Assembly (NCBI GenBank): GCA_964016885.1
Contig: OZ024757.1
Span: 35,712,001 to 35,776,000, forward strand
DNA length: 64,000 nucleotides
Direction of reading: 5' to 3'
From: Eledone cirrhosa
Taxonomy: Eukaryota
Shown here: piece after piece, positions 13,001 through 27,606 of the stretch
Layout of the letters: each line of letters starts with the position of its first letter
How positions within the stretch are numbered: position 1 is the stretch's first letter
The notes under the pieces: generated by a model
The model's database searches: none
Told to the model about the DNA's origin: nothing
The model's input: only the letters and a program-made list of their open reading frames with translations
Position numbers and translations under genes: made by a program

Positions 13001-16000
13001 TGAAACAAGTGAGGGATAAGAGAGAGATGAAACAAGTGAGGGATTAGAGTGTTGAAACAAGAGAGAGAGAGGAAGAGAGAGTGAGAGCGAGATCAAACGA
13101 GAGAGAGAGGAAATGAGAGAGAGAGGGAACGAGAGAGAGGATACGAGAGAGAGGAAACGAGAGTAGAGAGCGAGATGAAACAGTAGAGAGAGAGAGCGAG
13201 ATGAAACAGGAGAGAGAGAGCGAGATGAAACGAGAGGGAGAGAGAGATGAAACGAGAGAGCGAGAGAGATATAGAGGGAGATGAAACGACAGAGAGAGAG
13301 ACAGATGAAACGAGGGAGATAGAGATGAAACGAGAGAGAGAGATGAAACGAGAGAGAGAGATGAAACGAGAGAGAGGAAGAGAGAGATGGAACGAGAGAG
13401 AGGAAGAGAGAGATGAAACGAGAGAGAGAGCAAGATAAAACGAGAGAGAGGAAGAGAGAGAGTGCGAGATGAAACGAGAGAGAGAGAGAGTGAGATGAAA
13501 CGAGAGAGAGGAAGAGAGAGAGCGCGAGATGAAACGAGAGAGCGCCAGATGAAAGTCTGTCAAGTAATGTTATGGACATATCTGCCCTAGGGGCTAATAA
13601 TTGTCATGTAATGTTATGGACATCTCTGCCCCTGTGGCTAATAATTCTGTCATGTAATGTTATGGCCATCTCTGCCCCTGTGGCTAATAATTCTGTCATG
13701 TAATATTATGGACATCTCTGCCCCTGTGGCTAATAAATTCGTCATGTAATGTTATGGACATCTCTGCCCCTGTGGCTAATAAATCTGTCATGTAATGTTA
13801 TGGACATCTCTGCCCCTGTGGCTAATAATTCTGACATGTAATGTTATGGACATCTCTGCCCCTGTGGCTAATAATTCTGACATGTAACGTTATGGACATC
13901 TCTGCCCCTGTGGCTAATAATTCTGAGAGAGATAAAACAAGTGAGGGATTAGAGAGAGATGAAACAAGTGAGGGATTAAAGTGTTGAAACAAGAGAGAAA
14001 GAGGAAGAGAGAGTGAGAGCGAGATCAAACGAGAGAGAGAGAGCGAGATGAAATGAGAGAGTGGGAGCGAGATGAAACGAGAGAGAGAGAGCGAGATGAA
14101 ATGAGAGAGAGAGAGTGAGATGAAATGAGAGAGAGAGAGCGAGATGAAACGAGACAGAGAGAGCGGGATGAAACGAGACAGAGAGAGCGAGATGAAATGA
14201 GAGACAGAGAGAGCGAGATGAAACGAGACAGAGAGAGCGAGATGAAACGAGAGAGAGAGAGCGAGATGAAATGAGAGAGAGAGAGCGAGATGAAACGAGA
14301 GAGTGAGAGCTACATGAAACGAGAGAGAGAGGAAACGAGAGAGAGAGGAAACGAGAGAGAGGAAACGAGAGTAGAGAGCGAGATGAAACAGGAGAGAGAG
14401 AGAGCGAGATGAAACAGGAGAGAGAGAGCGAGATGAAACGAGAGGGAGAGAGAGATGAATCGAGAGAGAGAGATGAATCGAGAGAGCGAGAGAGAGATAG
14501 AGGGAGATGAAACGACAGAGAGAGAGACAGATGAAACGAGGGAGATAGAGATGAAACGAGAGAGAGGAAGAGAGAGATGGAACGAGAGAGAGGAAGAGAG
14601 AGATGAAACGAGAGAGAGGAAGACAGAGATGAAAGGAGAGAGAGAGAGAGAGAGAGATGAAAAGAGAGAGAGGAAGAGAGAGAGCGCGTGATGAAACGAG
14701 AGAGAGAGAGAGAGCGAGATGAAACGAGAGAGAGGAAGAGAGAGAGCGTGAGATGAAACGAGAGAGAGAGAGAGCGAGATGAAATGAGAGAGTGAGAGTG
14801 AGATGAAACGAGAGAGAGAGAGTGAGCGAGATGAAATGAGAGAGAGAGAGCGAGATGAAATGAGAGAGAGAGAGCGAGATGAAATGAGAGAGAGAGAGCG
14901 AGATGAAACGAGACAGAAAGAGCGAGATGGAACGAGACAGAAGAGAGCGAGATGAAACGAGAGAGTGTGAGCTAGATGAAACGAGTGAGAGATGGAACGA
15001 GAGTAGAGAGCGAGATGAAACAGGAGAGAGAGAGCGAGATGAAACAGGAGTGAGAGAGCGAGATGAAACGAGAGGGAGGGAGAGATGAAACGAGAGAGCG
15101 AGAGAGAGATAGAGGGAGATGAAACGACAGAGAGGGAGACAGATGAAACGAGGGAGATAGAGATGAAACGAGAGAGCGAGATGAAACGAGAGAGTGAGAG
15201 CTAGATGAAACGAGAGAGAGATGGAACGAGAGAGAGAGGAAGAGAGAAATGGAACGAGAGAGAGGAAGACAAAGATGAAACGAGAGAGAGAGAGAGCGAG
15301 ATGAAACGAGAGAGCGAGATGAAACGGGAGAGAGGAAGAGAGAGAGGGCGAGATGAAACGAGAGAGAGGGAGCGCGAGATGAAAGTCTGTCATGTAATGT
15401 TATGGACATATCTGCCCTTGGGGCTAATAATTGTCATGTAATGTTATGGACATATCTGCCCTTGGGGCTAATAATTGTCATGTAATGTTATGTACATCTC
15501 TGCCCCTGTGGCTAATAATTCTGTCATGTAATGTTATGGACATCTCTGCCCCTGTGGCTAATAATTATGTCCTGTAATGTTATGGACATCTCTGCCCCTG
15601 TGGCTAATAATTCTGTCATGTAATGTTATGGACATCTCTGCCCCTGTGGCTAATAAATTCGTCATGTAATGTTATGGACATCTCTGCCCCTGTGGCTAAT
15701 AAATCTGAGAGAGAGATGAAACAAGTGAGGGATTAGAGTGTTGAAACAAGAGAGAGAGAGGAAGATAGAGTGAGAGCGAGATCAAACGAGAGAGAGAGAG
15801 CGAGATGAAATGAGAGAGTGAGAGCGAGATGAAACGAGAGAGAGAGAGAGCGAGATGAAATGAGAGAGAGAGAGCGAGATGAAATGAGAGAGTGAGAGAG
15901 CGAGATGAAACGAGACAGAGAGAGCGGGATGAAACGAGATAGAGATAGCGAGATGAAATGAGAGAGAGAGAGAGCGAAATGAAACGAGACAGAGAGAGCG

Positions 16001-16929
16001 AGATGAAATGAGAGAGAGAGAGCGAGATGAAATGAGAGAGAGAGAGAGAGATGAAACGAGAGAGTGAGAGCTAGAGGAAACGAGAGAGAGAGGAAACGAG
16101 AGAGAGGATATGAGAGAGAGGAAACGAGAGTAGAGAGCGAGATGAAACAGGAGAGAGAGAGCGAGATGAAACAGGAGAGAGAGAGCGAGATGAAACAGGA
16201 GAGAGAGAGCGAGATGAAACGAGAGGGAGAGAGAGATGAAACGAGAGAGCGAGAGAGAGTTAGAGGGAGATGAAACGACAGAGAGAGAGACAGATGAAAC
16301 GAGGGAGATAGAGATGAAACGAGAGAGAGAGATGAAACGAGTGAGAGGAAGAGAGAGATGGAACGAGAGAGAGGAAGAGAGAGATGGAACGAGAGAGAGG
16401 AAGACAGAGATGAAACGAGAGAGACAGAGCGAGATGAAACGAGAGAGAGGAAGAGAGTTAACGCGAGATGAAACGAGAGAGAGAGAGCGAGGTGAAACGA
16501 GAGAGAGGAAGAGAGAGAGCGCGAAATGAAACGAGAGAGAGAGAGAGCGCGAGATGAAAGTCTGTCATGTAATGTTATGGACATATCTGCCCTTGGGGCT
16601 AATAATTGTCATGTAATGTTATGGACATCTCTGCCCCTGTGGCTAATAATTATGTAATGTAATGTTATGGACATCTCTGCCCCTGTGGCTAATAATTCTG
16701 ACATGTAATGTTATGGACATCTCTGCCCCTGTGGCTAATAATTCTGACATGTAATGTTATGGACATCTCTGCCCCTCTGGCTAATAATTCTGACATGTAA
16801 TGTTATGGACATCTCTGTCCCTGTGGCTAATAATTCTGACATGTAATGTTATGGACATCTCTGCCCCTGTGGCTAATAATTCTGACATGTAATGTTATGG
16901 ACATCTCTGCCCCTGTGGCTAATAATTCT
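7014..16929 (-). repeat. Hierarchical composite satellite, block 2 (reverse, GA-rich)
   Basis: Reverse complement of the block 1 architecture; 46-bp arrays at about 8045-8370, 9133-9502, 10990-11267, 12539-12992, 13555-13924, 15385-15706 and 16560-16929. Confidence 0.95.
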
Positions 16930-19900
16930 GATTTATTAGCCACAGGGGCAGAGATGTCCATAACATTACATGTCAGAATTATTAGCCAGAGGGGCAGAGA
17001 TGTCCATAACATTACATGTCAGAATTATTAGCCACAGGGGCGGAGATGTCCATAACATTACATGACATAATTATTAGCCACAGGGGCAGAGATGTCCATA
17101 ACATTACATGACAGAATTATTAGCCACAGGGGCAGAGACGTCCATAACATTACATGACAATTATTAGCCCCAAGGGCAGATATGTCCATAACATTACATG
17201 ACAGAGTTTCATCTCGCGCTCTCTCTCGTTTCATCTCGCGCTCTCTCTCTTCCTCTCTCTCGTTTCATCTCGCTCTCTCTCTCTCTCTATTCATCTCTGT
17301 CTTCCTCTCTCGTTTCATCTCTATCTCCCTCGTTTCATCTGTCTCTTCCTCTCTCGTTTCATCTCTCCCTCCCTCTCGTTTCATCTCGCTCTCTCTCTCC
17401 TGTTTCATCTCGCTCTCTCTCTCCTGTTTCATCTCGCTCTCTACTCTCGTTTCCTCTCTCTCGTTTCCTCTCTCTCTCGTTTCCTCTCTTTCTCGTTTCC
17501 TCTCTGTCTCGTTCCATCCCACTCTCTCTCTCTCTCATTACATCTCGCTCTCTCTTTCTCGTTTCATCTCGCTCTCTCTGTCTCGTTCCATCTCGCTCTC
17601 ACTCTCTCGTTTCATCTCGCTCTCTCGTTTCATATCTATCTCCCTCGTTTCATCTGTCTCTCTCTCTGTCGTTTCATCTCCCTCTATCTCTCTCTCGCTC
17701 TCTCGTTTCATCTCTCCCTCCCTCTCGTTTCATCTCGCTCTCTCTCTCCTGTTTTATCTCGCTCTCTCTCTCTCCTGTTTCATCTCGCTCTCTACTCTCG
17801 TTTCCTCTCTCTCGTTTCCTCTGTCTCGTTTCCTCTCTCTCTCGTTTCCTCACTCTCTCGTTTCATCTCGCTCTCTCTGTCTCGTTCCATCTCGCTCTCA
17901 CTCTCTCGTTTCATCTCGCTCTCTCTGTCTCTCATTTCCTCTCGATCTCTCTGTCTCGTTTCATCCCGCTTTCTCTGTCTCGTTTCATCTCGCTCTCTCT
18001 CTCTCTCATTTCATCTCGCTCTCTCTCTCTCATTTCATCTCGCTATCTCTCTCTCGTTTCATCTCACCCTCACTCTCTCATTTCATCTCGCTCTCTCTCT
18101 CTCGTTTCATCTCGCGCTCTCTCTCTTCCTCTCTCTCTTTTCATCTCGCTCTCTCTCTCTCTTTTCATCTCGCGCTCTCTCTCTTCCTCTCTCTCGTTTC
18201 ATCTCGCTCTCTCTCTCTCTCATTTCATCTCGCGCTCTCTCTCTTCCTCTCTCTCGTTTCATCTCGCTCTCTCTCTCTCTCGTTTCATATCTGTCTTCCT
18301 CTCTCTCGTTCCATCTCTCTATTCCTCTCACTCTCGTTTCATCTAGCTATCACTCTCTCGTTTCATCTCCCTCTATCTCTCTCTCGCTCTCTCGTTTCAT
18401 CTCTCCCTCCCTCTCGTTTCATCTCGCTCTCTCTCTCCGGTTTCATCTCGCTCTCTCTCTCTCCTGTTTCATCTTGCTCTCTACTCTCGTTTCCTCTCTC
18501 TCGTTTCCTCTCTCTCGTTTCCTCTCCCTCTCGTTTCCTCTCTCTCTCGTTTCCTCTCTCTCTCGTTTCATCTAGCTCTGACTCTCTCGTTTCATCTCAA
18601 TCTCTCTCTCTCTCATTTCATCTCTGTCTTCCTCTCTCTCGTTCCATCTCTCTCTTCCTCTCTCTCGTTTCATCTCTCTCTCTCGTTTCATCTTGCTCTC
18701 TCTCTCTCTCGTTCCATCTCTCTCTTCCTCTCTCTCGTTCCATCTCTCTCTTCCTCTCTCTCGTTTCATCTCTCTCTTCCTCTCTCTCGTTTCATCTCTA
18801 TCTCCCTCGTTTCATCTGTCTCTCTCTCTGTCGTTTCATCTCCCTCCATCTCTCTCTCGCTCTCTCGTTTCATCTCTCTCTCCCTCTCGTTTCATCTCGC
18901 TCTCTCTCTCTCCTGTTTCATCTCGCTCTCTCTCTCCTGTTTCATCTCGCTCTCTACTCTCGTTTCCTCTCTCTCGTTTCGTCTCTCTCGTTTCCTCTCT
19001 CTCTCGTTTCATCTAGCTCTCCCACTCTCGTTTCATCTCGCTCTCTCTGTCTCGTTCCATCTCGCTCTCACTCTCTCGTTTCATCTCGCTCTCTCTCTCT
19101 CATTTCATCTCGCTCTCTCTCTCTCATTTCATCTCGCTCTCTCTCTCTCGTTTCATCTCGCTCTCTCTGTCTCGTTTCATCTCGCTCTCGCTCTCTCTGT
19201 CTCGTTTCATCCCGCTCTCTCTGTCTCGTTTCATCTTGCTCTCTCTCTCTCATTTCATCTCGCTCTCTCTCTCTCTCATTTCATCTCGCTCTCTCTCTCT
19301 CTCTCGTTTCATCTCGCTCTCACTCTCTCATTTCATCTCGCTCTCTCTCGTTTGATTTCGCTCTCACTCACTCTTCCTCTCTCTCTCTTGTTTCAACACT
19401 CTAATCCCTCACTTGTTTCATCTCTCTCTAATACCTCACTTGTTTCATCTCTCTCAGAATTATTAGCCACAGGGGCAGAGATGTCCATAACATTACATGT
19501 CAGAATTATTAGCCACAGGGACAGAGATGTCCATAACATTACATGACAGATTTATTAGCCACAGGGGCAGAGATGACCGTAACATTACATGACAGATTTA
19601 TTAGCCACAGGGGCAGAGATTCCATAACATTACATGTCAGAATTATTAGCCACAGGGGCAGAGATGTCCATAACATTACATGACAGAATTATTAGCCACA
19701 GGGGCAGAGTTGTCCATAACATTACATGACAGAATTATTAGCCACAGGGGCAGAGATGTCCATGACAGAGTTTCATCTCGCGCTCTCTCTCTTCCTCTCT
19801 CTCGTTTCATCTCGCTCTCTCTCTCGTTTCATCTCGCTCTCTCTCTCTCGTTTCACCTCTGTCTTCCTCTCTCTCGTTTCATCTCTCTCTTCCTCTCTCT

Positions 19901-22448
19901 CGTTCTATCTCTCTCTTCCTCTCTCTCGTTTCATATCTCTCTCTCGTTTCATCTCTATATCCCTCGTTTCATCTGTCTCTTTCTCTGTCGTTTCATTTCC
20001 CTCTATCTCTCTCTCGCTCTCTCGTTTCATCTCTCGCTCCCTCTCGTTTCATCTCGCTCTCTCTCTCCTGTTTCATCTCGCTCTCTCACTCCTGTTTCAT
20101 CTCGCTCTCTACTCTTGTTTCCACTCTCTCGTTTCCTCTCTTTCTCGTTTCATCTCTCTCTCGTTTCATCTCTCTATGTCTCATTTCATCTCGCTCTCTC
20201 TCTCTCTCATTTCATCTCGTTCTCTCTCTCTCTCATTTCATCTCGCTCTCACTCTCTCGTTTCATCTCGCCCTCTCTCTCTTACTCTCTCTCGTTTCATC
20301 TCGCGCTCTCTCTCTTCCTCTCTCTCGTTTCATCTCGCTCTCTCTCTCTCTCTCTCGTTTCATCTTGCGCTCTCTCTCTTCCTCTCTCTCGTTTCATCTC
20401 GATCTCTCTCTCTCTCTCGTTTCATCTCTGTCTTCCTCTCTCTCGTTCCATCTCTCTCTTCCTCTCTCTCGTTCCATCTCTCTCTTCCTCTCTCTCGTTT
20501 AATCTCTCTCTCTCGTTTCATCTTGCTCTGTCTCTCTCTCGTTTCATCTCTGTCTTCCTCTCTCTCGTTCCATCTCTCTCTTCCTCTCTCTCGTTCCATC
20601 TCTCTCTTCCTCTCTCTCGTTTCATCTCTATCTCCCTCGTTTCATCTGTCTCTCTCTCTGTCGTTTCATCTCCCTCTATCTCTCTCCCGCTCTCTCGTTT
20701 CATCTCTCTCTCCCTCTCGTTTCATCTCGCTATCTCTCTCCTGTTTCATCTCGCTCTCTCTCTCCTGTTTCATCTCGGTCTCTACTCTCGTTTCCTCTCT
20801 CTCGTTTCGTCTCTCTCGTTTCCTCTCTCTCTCGTTTCCTCTCTCTCTCGTTTCCTCTCTCTCTCGTTTCATCTAGCTCTCCCACTCTCGTTTCATCTCG
20901 CTCTCTCTGTCTCGTTCCATCTCGCTCTCACTCTCTCGTTTCATCTCGCTCTCTCTCTCTCATTTCATCTCGCTCTCTCTCTCTCATTTCATCCCGCTCT
21001 CTCTCTCTCGTTTCATCTCGCTCTCTCTGTCTCGTTTCATCTCGCTCTCGCTCTCTCTGTTTCGTTTCATCCCGCTCTCTCTGTCTCGTTTCATCTCGCT
21101 CTCTCTCTCTCATTTCATCTCGCTCTCTCTCTCTCATTTCATCTCGCCCTCTCTCTCTCTCTCTCTCGTTCCATCTCGCTCTCACTCTCTCGTTTCATCT
21201 CGCTCTCTCTCTCTCATTTCATCTCGCTCTCTCTCTCTCATTTCATCTCGCTCTCTCTCTCTCGTTTCATCTCGCTCTCTCTGTCTTGTTTCATCTCGCT
21301 CTCTCTCTCTCATTTCATCTCGCTCTCTCTCGTTTGATCTCGCTCTCACTCTCTCTTCCTCTCTCTTGTTTCAACACTCTAATCCCTCACTTGTTTCATC
21401 TCTCTCTAATCCCTCACTTGTTTCATCTCTCTCAGAATTATTAGCCACAGGGGCAGAGATGTCCATAACATTACATGTCAGAATTATTAGCCAGAGGGGC
21501 AGAGATGTCCATAACATTACATGTCAGAATTATTAGCCACAGGAGCAGAGATGTCCATAACATTACATGTCAGAATTATTAGCCACAGGGACAGAGATGT
21601 CCATAACATTACATGTCAGAATTATTAGCCACAGGGGCAGAGATGTCCATAACATTACATGACAGATTTATTAGCCACAGGGGCAGAGATGTCCGTAACA
21701 TTACATGACAGATTTATTAGCCACAGGGGCAGAGATTCCATAACATTACATGTCAGAATTATTAGCCACAGGGGCAGAGATGTCCATAACATTACATGAC
21801 AGAATTATTAGCCACAGGGGCAGAGTTGTCCATAACATTACATGACAGAATTATTAGCCACAGGGGCAGAGATGTCCATGACAGAGTTTCATCTCGCGCT
21901 CTCTCTCTTCCTCTCTCTCGTTTCATCTCGCTCTCTCTCTCGTTTCATCTCGCTCTCTCTCTCTCGTTTCACCTCTGTCTTCCTCTCTCTCGTTTCATCT
22001 CTCTCTTCCTCTCTCTCGTTCTATCTCTCTCTTCCTCTCTCTCGTTTCATATCTCTCTCTCGTTTCATCTCTATATCCCTCGTTTCATCTGTCTCTCTCT
22101 CTGTCGTTTCATTTCCCTCTATCTCTCTCTCGCTCTCTCGTTTCATCTCTCGCTCCCTCTCGTTTCATCTCGCTCTCTCTCTCCTGTTTCATCTCGCTCT
22201 CTCACTCCTGTTTCATCTCGCTCTCTACTCTTGTTTCCACTCTCTCGTTTCCTCTCTTTCTCGTTTCATCTCTCTCTCGTTTCATCTCTCTATGTCTCAT
22301 TTCATCTCGCTCTCTCTCTCTCTCATTTCATCTCGTTCTCTCTCTCTCTCATTTCATCTCGCTCTCACTCTCTCGTTTCATCTCGCCCTCTCTCTCTTAC
22401 TCTCTCTCGTTTCATCTCGCGCTCTCTCTCTTCCTCTCTCTCGTTTCA

Positions 22449-22485
<37 letters not shown>

Positions 22486-25400
22486 TCATCTTGCGCTCTC
22501 TCTCTTCCTCTCTCTCGTTTCATCTCGATCTCTCTCTCTCGCGTTTCATCTCTGTCTTCCTCTCTCTCGTTCCATCTCTCTCTTCCTCTCTCTCGTTCCA
22601 TCTCTCTCTTCCTCTCTCTCGTTTAATCTCTCTCTCTCGTTTCATCTTGCTCTGTCTCTCTCTCGTTTCATCTCTGTCTTCCTCTCTCTCGTTCCATCTC
22701 TCTCTTCCTCTCTCTCGTTCCATCTCTCTCTTCCTCTCTCTCGTTTCATCTCTATCTCCCTCGTTTCATCTGTCTCTCTCTCTGTCGTTTCATCTCCCTC
22801 TATCTCTCTCCCGCTCTCTCGTTTCATCTCTCTCTCCCTCTCGTTTCATCTCGCTATCTCTCTCCTGTTTCATCTCGCTCTCTCTCTCCTGTTTCATCTC
22901 GCTCTCTACTCTCGTTTCCTCTCTCTCGTTTCGTCTCTCTCGTTTCCTCTCTCTCTCGTTTCCTCTCTCTCTCGTTTCCTCTCTCTCTCGTTTCATCTAG
23001 CTCTCCCACTCTCGTTTCATCTCGCTCTCTCTGTCTCGTTCCATCTCGCTCTCACTCTCTCGTTTCATCTCGCTCTCTCACTCTCGTTTCATCTCACACT
23101 CTCTCTCTCGTTTCATCTCGCTCTCTCTCTCTCTCTCTCTCTCGCTCTCTCTCTCTCTCGTTTCATCTCGCTCTCACTCTCTCGTTTCATCTCGCTCTAA
23201 CTCTCTCATTTCATCTCGCTCTCCCTGTCTCGTTTCATCTCGCTCTCACTCTCTCATTTCATCTCACTCTCTTTCTCTCATTTCATCTCGCTCTCTCTCT
23301 CTCATTTCATCACGCTCTCTCTCTCTCTCTCTCGTTTCATCTCACTCTCACTCTCTCATTTCATCTCGCTCTCTCTCTCTCGTTTCATCTCGCGCTCTCT
23401 CACTTCCTCTCTCTTCCTCTCTCTCGTTTCATCTCGCTCTCTCTCTCTCTCTCTCTCGTTTCATCTTGCGCTCTCTGTCTTCCTCTCTCTCTTTTCATCT
23501 CTCTCTTCCTCTCTCTCGTTCCATCTCTCTCTTCCTCTCTCTCGTTTAATCTCTCTCTCTCGTTTCATCTTGCTCTCTCTCTCTCTCTCTCGTTTCATCT
23601 CTGTCTTCCTCTCTCTCGTTCCATCTCTCTCTTCCTCTCTCTCGTTCCATCTCTCTCTTCCTCTCTCTCGTTTCATCTCTATCTCCCTCGTTTCATCTGT
23701 CTCTCTCTCTGTCGTTTCATCTCCCTCTATCTCTCTCTCGCTCTCTCGTTTCATCTCTCTGCCCCTCTCGTTTCATCTCGCTATCTCTCTCCTGTTTCAT
23801 CTCGCTCTCTCTCTCCTGTTTCATCTCGCTCTCTCCTCTCGTTTCCTCTCTCTCGTTTCGTCTCTCTCGTTTCCTCTCTCTCTTGTTTCCTCTCTCTCTC
23901 GTTTCATCTAGCTCTCCCACTCTCGTTTCATCTCGCTCTCTCTGTCTCGTTCCATCTCGCTCTCACTCTCTCGTTTCATCTCGCTCTCTCTCTCTCTCAT
24001 TTCATCTCGCTCTCTCTCTCTCATTTCATCCCGCTCTCTCTCTCTCGTTTCATCTCGCTCTCTCTGTCTCGTTTCATCTCGCTCTCGCTCTCTCTGTCTC
24101 GTTTCATCCCGCTCTCTCTGTCTCGTTTCATCTCGCTCTCTCTCTCTCTCATTTCATCTCGCTCTCTCTCTCTCATTTCATCTCGCTCTCTCTCTCTCTC
24201 TCGTTCCATCTCGCTCTCACTCTCTCGTTTCATCTCGCTCTCTCTCTCTCATTTCATCTCGCTCTCTCTCTCTCTCATTTCATCTCGCTCTCTCTCTCTC
24301 GTTTCATCTCGCTCTCTCTGTTTCGTTTCATCTCGCTCTCGCTCTCTCTGTCTCGTTTCATCCCGCTCTCTCTGTCTTGTTTCATCTCGCTCTCTCTCTC
24401 TCTCATTTCATCTCGCTCTCTCTCTCTCGTTTGATCTCGCTCTCACTCTCTCTTCCTCTCTCTTGTTTCAACACTCTAATCCCTCACTTGTTTCATCTCT
24501 CTCTAATCCCTCACTTGTTTCATCTCTCTCAGAATTATTAGCCACAGGGGCAGAGATGTCCATAACATTACATGTCAGAATTATTAGCCACAGGGGCAGA
24601 GATGTCCATAACATTACATGACAGATTTATTAGCCACAGGGGCACAGATGTCCATAACATTACATGTCAGATTTATTAGCCACAGGGGCAGAGATGTCCA
24701 TAACATTACATGACAGAATTATTAGCCACAGGGGCAGAGATGTCCATAACATTACATGACAGAATTATTAGCCACAGGGGCAGAGATGTCCATAACATTA
24801 CATGACAGAATTATTAGCCACAGGGGCAGAGATATCCATAACATTACATGACAATTATTAGCCCCAAGGGCAGATATGTCCATAACATTACATGACAGAC
24901 TTTCATCTCGCGCTCTCTCTCTTCCTCTCTCTCGTTTCATCTCGCTCTCTCTCTCTCTCATTTCATCTCGCGCTCTCTCTCTTCCTCTCTCTCGTTTCAT
25001 CTCGCTCTCTCTCTCTCTCTCGTTTCATATCTGTCTTCCTCTCTCTCGTTCCATCTCTCTATTCCTCTCTCTCTCGTTTCATCTAGCTGTCACTCTCTCG
25101 TTTCATCTCCCTCTATCTCTCTCTCGCTCTCTCGTTTCATCTCTCTCGTTTCCTCTCTCTCGTTTCCTCTCTCTCTCGTTTCCTCTCTCTCGTTTCATCT
25201 AGCTCTCACTCTCTCGTTTCATCTCGCTCTCTCTGACTCGTCCCATCTCGATCTCACTCTCTCGTTTCATCTCGCTCTCTCTCTCTCATTTCATCTTGCT
25301 CTCTCTCTCTCATTTCATCTCGATCTCTCTGTCTCGTTTCATCCCGCTCTCTCTGTCTCGTTTCATCTCGCTCTCTCTCTCTCATTTCATCTCGCTCTCT

Positions 25401-27563
25401 CTCTCTCATTTCATCTCGCTCTCTCTCTCTCTCTCGTTTCATCTCACTCTCACTCTCTCATTTCATCTCGCTCTCTCTCTCTCGTTTCATCTCGCGCTCT
25501 CTCTCTTCCTCTCTCTCGTTTCATCTCGCTCTCTCTCTCTCGTTTCATCTTGCGCTCTCTCTCTCTTCCTCTCTCTCGTTTCATCTCTCTCTCTCTCTCT
25601 CTCTCGTTTCATCTCTGGCTTCCTCTCTCTCGTTCCATCTCTCTCTTCCTCTCTCTCGTTCCATCTCTCTCTTCCTCTCTCTCGTTTCATCTCTCTCTCT
25701 CGTTTCATCTTGCTCTCTCTCTCTCTCGTTTCATCTCTGACTTCCTCTCTCTCGTTCCATCTCTCTCTTCCTCTCTCTCGTTTCATCTCTCTCTCTCGTT
25801 TCATCTCTATCTCCCTCGTTTCATCTGTCTCTCTCTCTGTCGTTTCATCTCCCTCGATCTCTCTCTCGCTCTCTCGTTTCATCTCTCTCTCCCTCTCGTT
25901 TCATCTCGCTCTCTCTCTCCTGTTTCATCTCGCTCTCTCTCTCCTGTTTCATCTCGCTCTCTACTCTCGTTTCCTCTCTCTCGTTTCGTCTCTCTCGTTT
26001 CCTCTCTCTCTCGTTTCATCTAGCTCTCCCACTCTCGTTTCATCTCGCTCTCTCTGTCTCGTTCCATCTCGCTCTCACTCTCTCGTTTCATCTCGCTCTC
26101 TCTCTCTCATTTCATCTCGCTCTCTCTCTCTCATTTCATCTAGCTCTCTCTCTCTCGTTTCATCTCACTCTCTCTGTCTCGTTTCAACTCGCTCTCGCTC
26201 TCTCTGTCTCGTTTCATCCCGCTCTCTCTGTCTCGTTTCATCTCGCTCTCTCTCTCTCATTTCATCTCGCTCTCTCTCTCTCATTTCATCTCGCTCTCTC
26301 TCTCTCTCTCGTTTCATCTCGCTCTCACTCTCTCATTTCATCTCGCTCTCTCTCGTTTGATTTCGCTCTCAGTCTCTCTTCCTCTCTCTCTCTTGTTTCA
26401 ACACTCTAATCCCTCACTTGTTTCATCTCTCTCTAATCCCTCACTTGTTTCATCTCTCTCAGAATTATTAGCCACAGGGGCACAGATGTCCATAACATTA
26501 CATGTCAGAATTATTAGCCACAGGGGCAGAGATGTCCATAACATTACATGTCAGAATTATTAGCCACAGGGGCAGAGATGTCCATAACATTACATGACAA
26601 ATTTATTAGCCACAGGGGCAGAGATGTCCGTAACATTACATGACAGATTTATTAGCCACAGGGGCAGAGATTCCATAACATTACATGTCAGAATTATTAG
26701 CCACAGGGGCAGAGATGTCCATAACATTACATGACAGAATTATTAGCCACAGGGGCAGAGTTGTCCATAACATTACATGACAGAATTATTAGCCACAGGG
26801 GCAGATATGTCCATGACAGAGTTTCATCTCGCGCTCTCTCTCTTCCTCTCTCTCGTTTCATCTCGCTCTCTCTCTCGTTTCATCTCGCTCTCTCTCTCTC
26901 TCGTTTCACCTCTGTCTTCCTCTCTCTCGTTTCATCTCTCTCTTGTTCTATCTCTCTCTTCCTCTCTCTCGTTTCATCTCTCTCCCTCGTTTCATCTCTA
27001 TATCCCTCGTTTCATCTGTCTCTCTCTCTGTCGTTTCATTTCCCTCTATCTCTCTCTCGCTCTCTCGTTTCATCTCTCTCTCCCTCTCGTTTCATCTCGC
27101 TCTCTCTCTCCTGTTTCATCTCGCTCTCTCACTCCTGTTTCATCTCGCTCTCTACTCTTGTTTCCACTCTCTCGTTTCCTCTCTTTCTCGTTTCATCTCT
27201 CTCTCGTTTCATCTCTCTCTCGTTTCATCTCTCTATGTCTCATTTCATCTCGCTCTCTCTCTCTTTCATTTCATCTCGTTCTCTCTCTCTCTCATTTCAT
27301 CTCGCTCTCTCTGTCTCGTGTCATCTCGCTCTCTCTCTCTCTCGTTTCATCTCGCTCTCACTCTCTCGTTTCATCTCGCTCTCACTCTCTCATTTCATCT
27401 CGCTCTCCCTGTCTCGTTTCATCTCGCTCTCACTCTCTCATTTCATCTCACTCTCTTTCTCTCATTTCATCTCGCTCTCTCTCTCTTGTTTCAACACTCT
27501 AATCCCTCACTTGTTTCATCTCTCTCTAATCCCTCACTTGTTTCATCTCTCTCTTGTTTCAAT

Positions 27564-27606
<43 letters not shown>

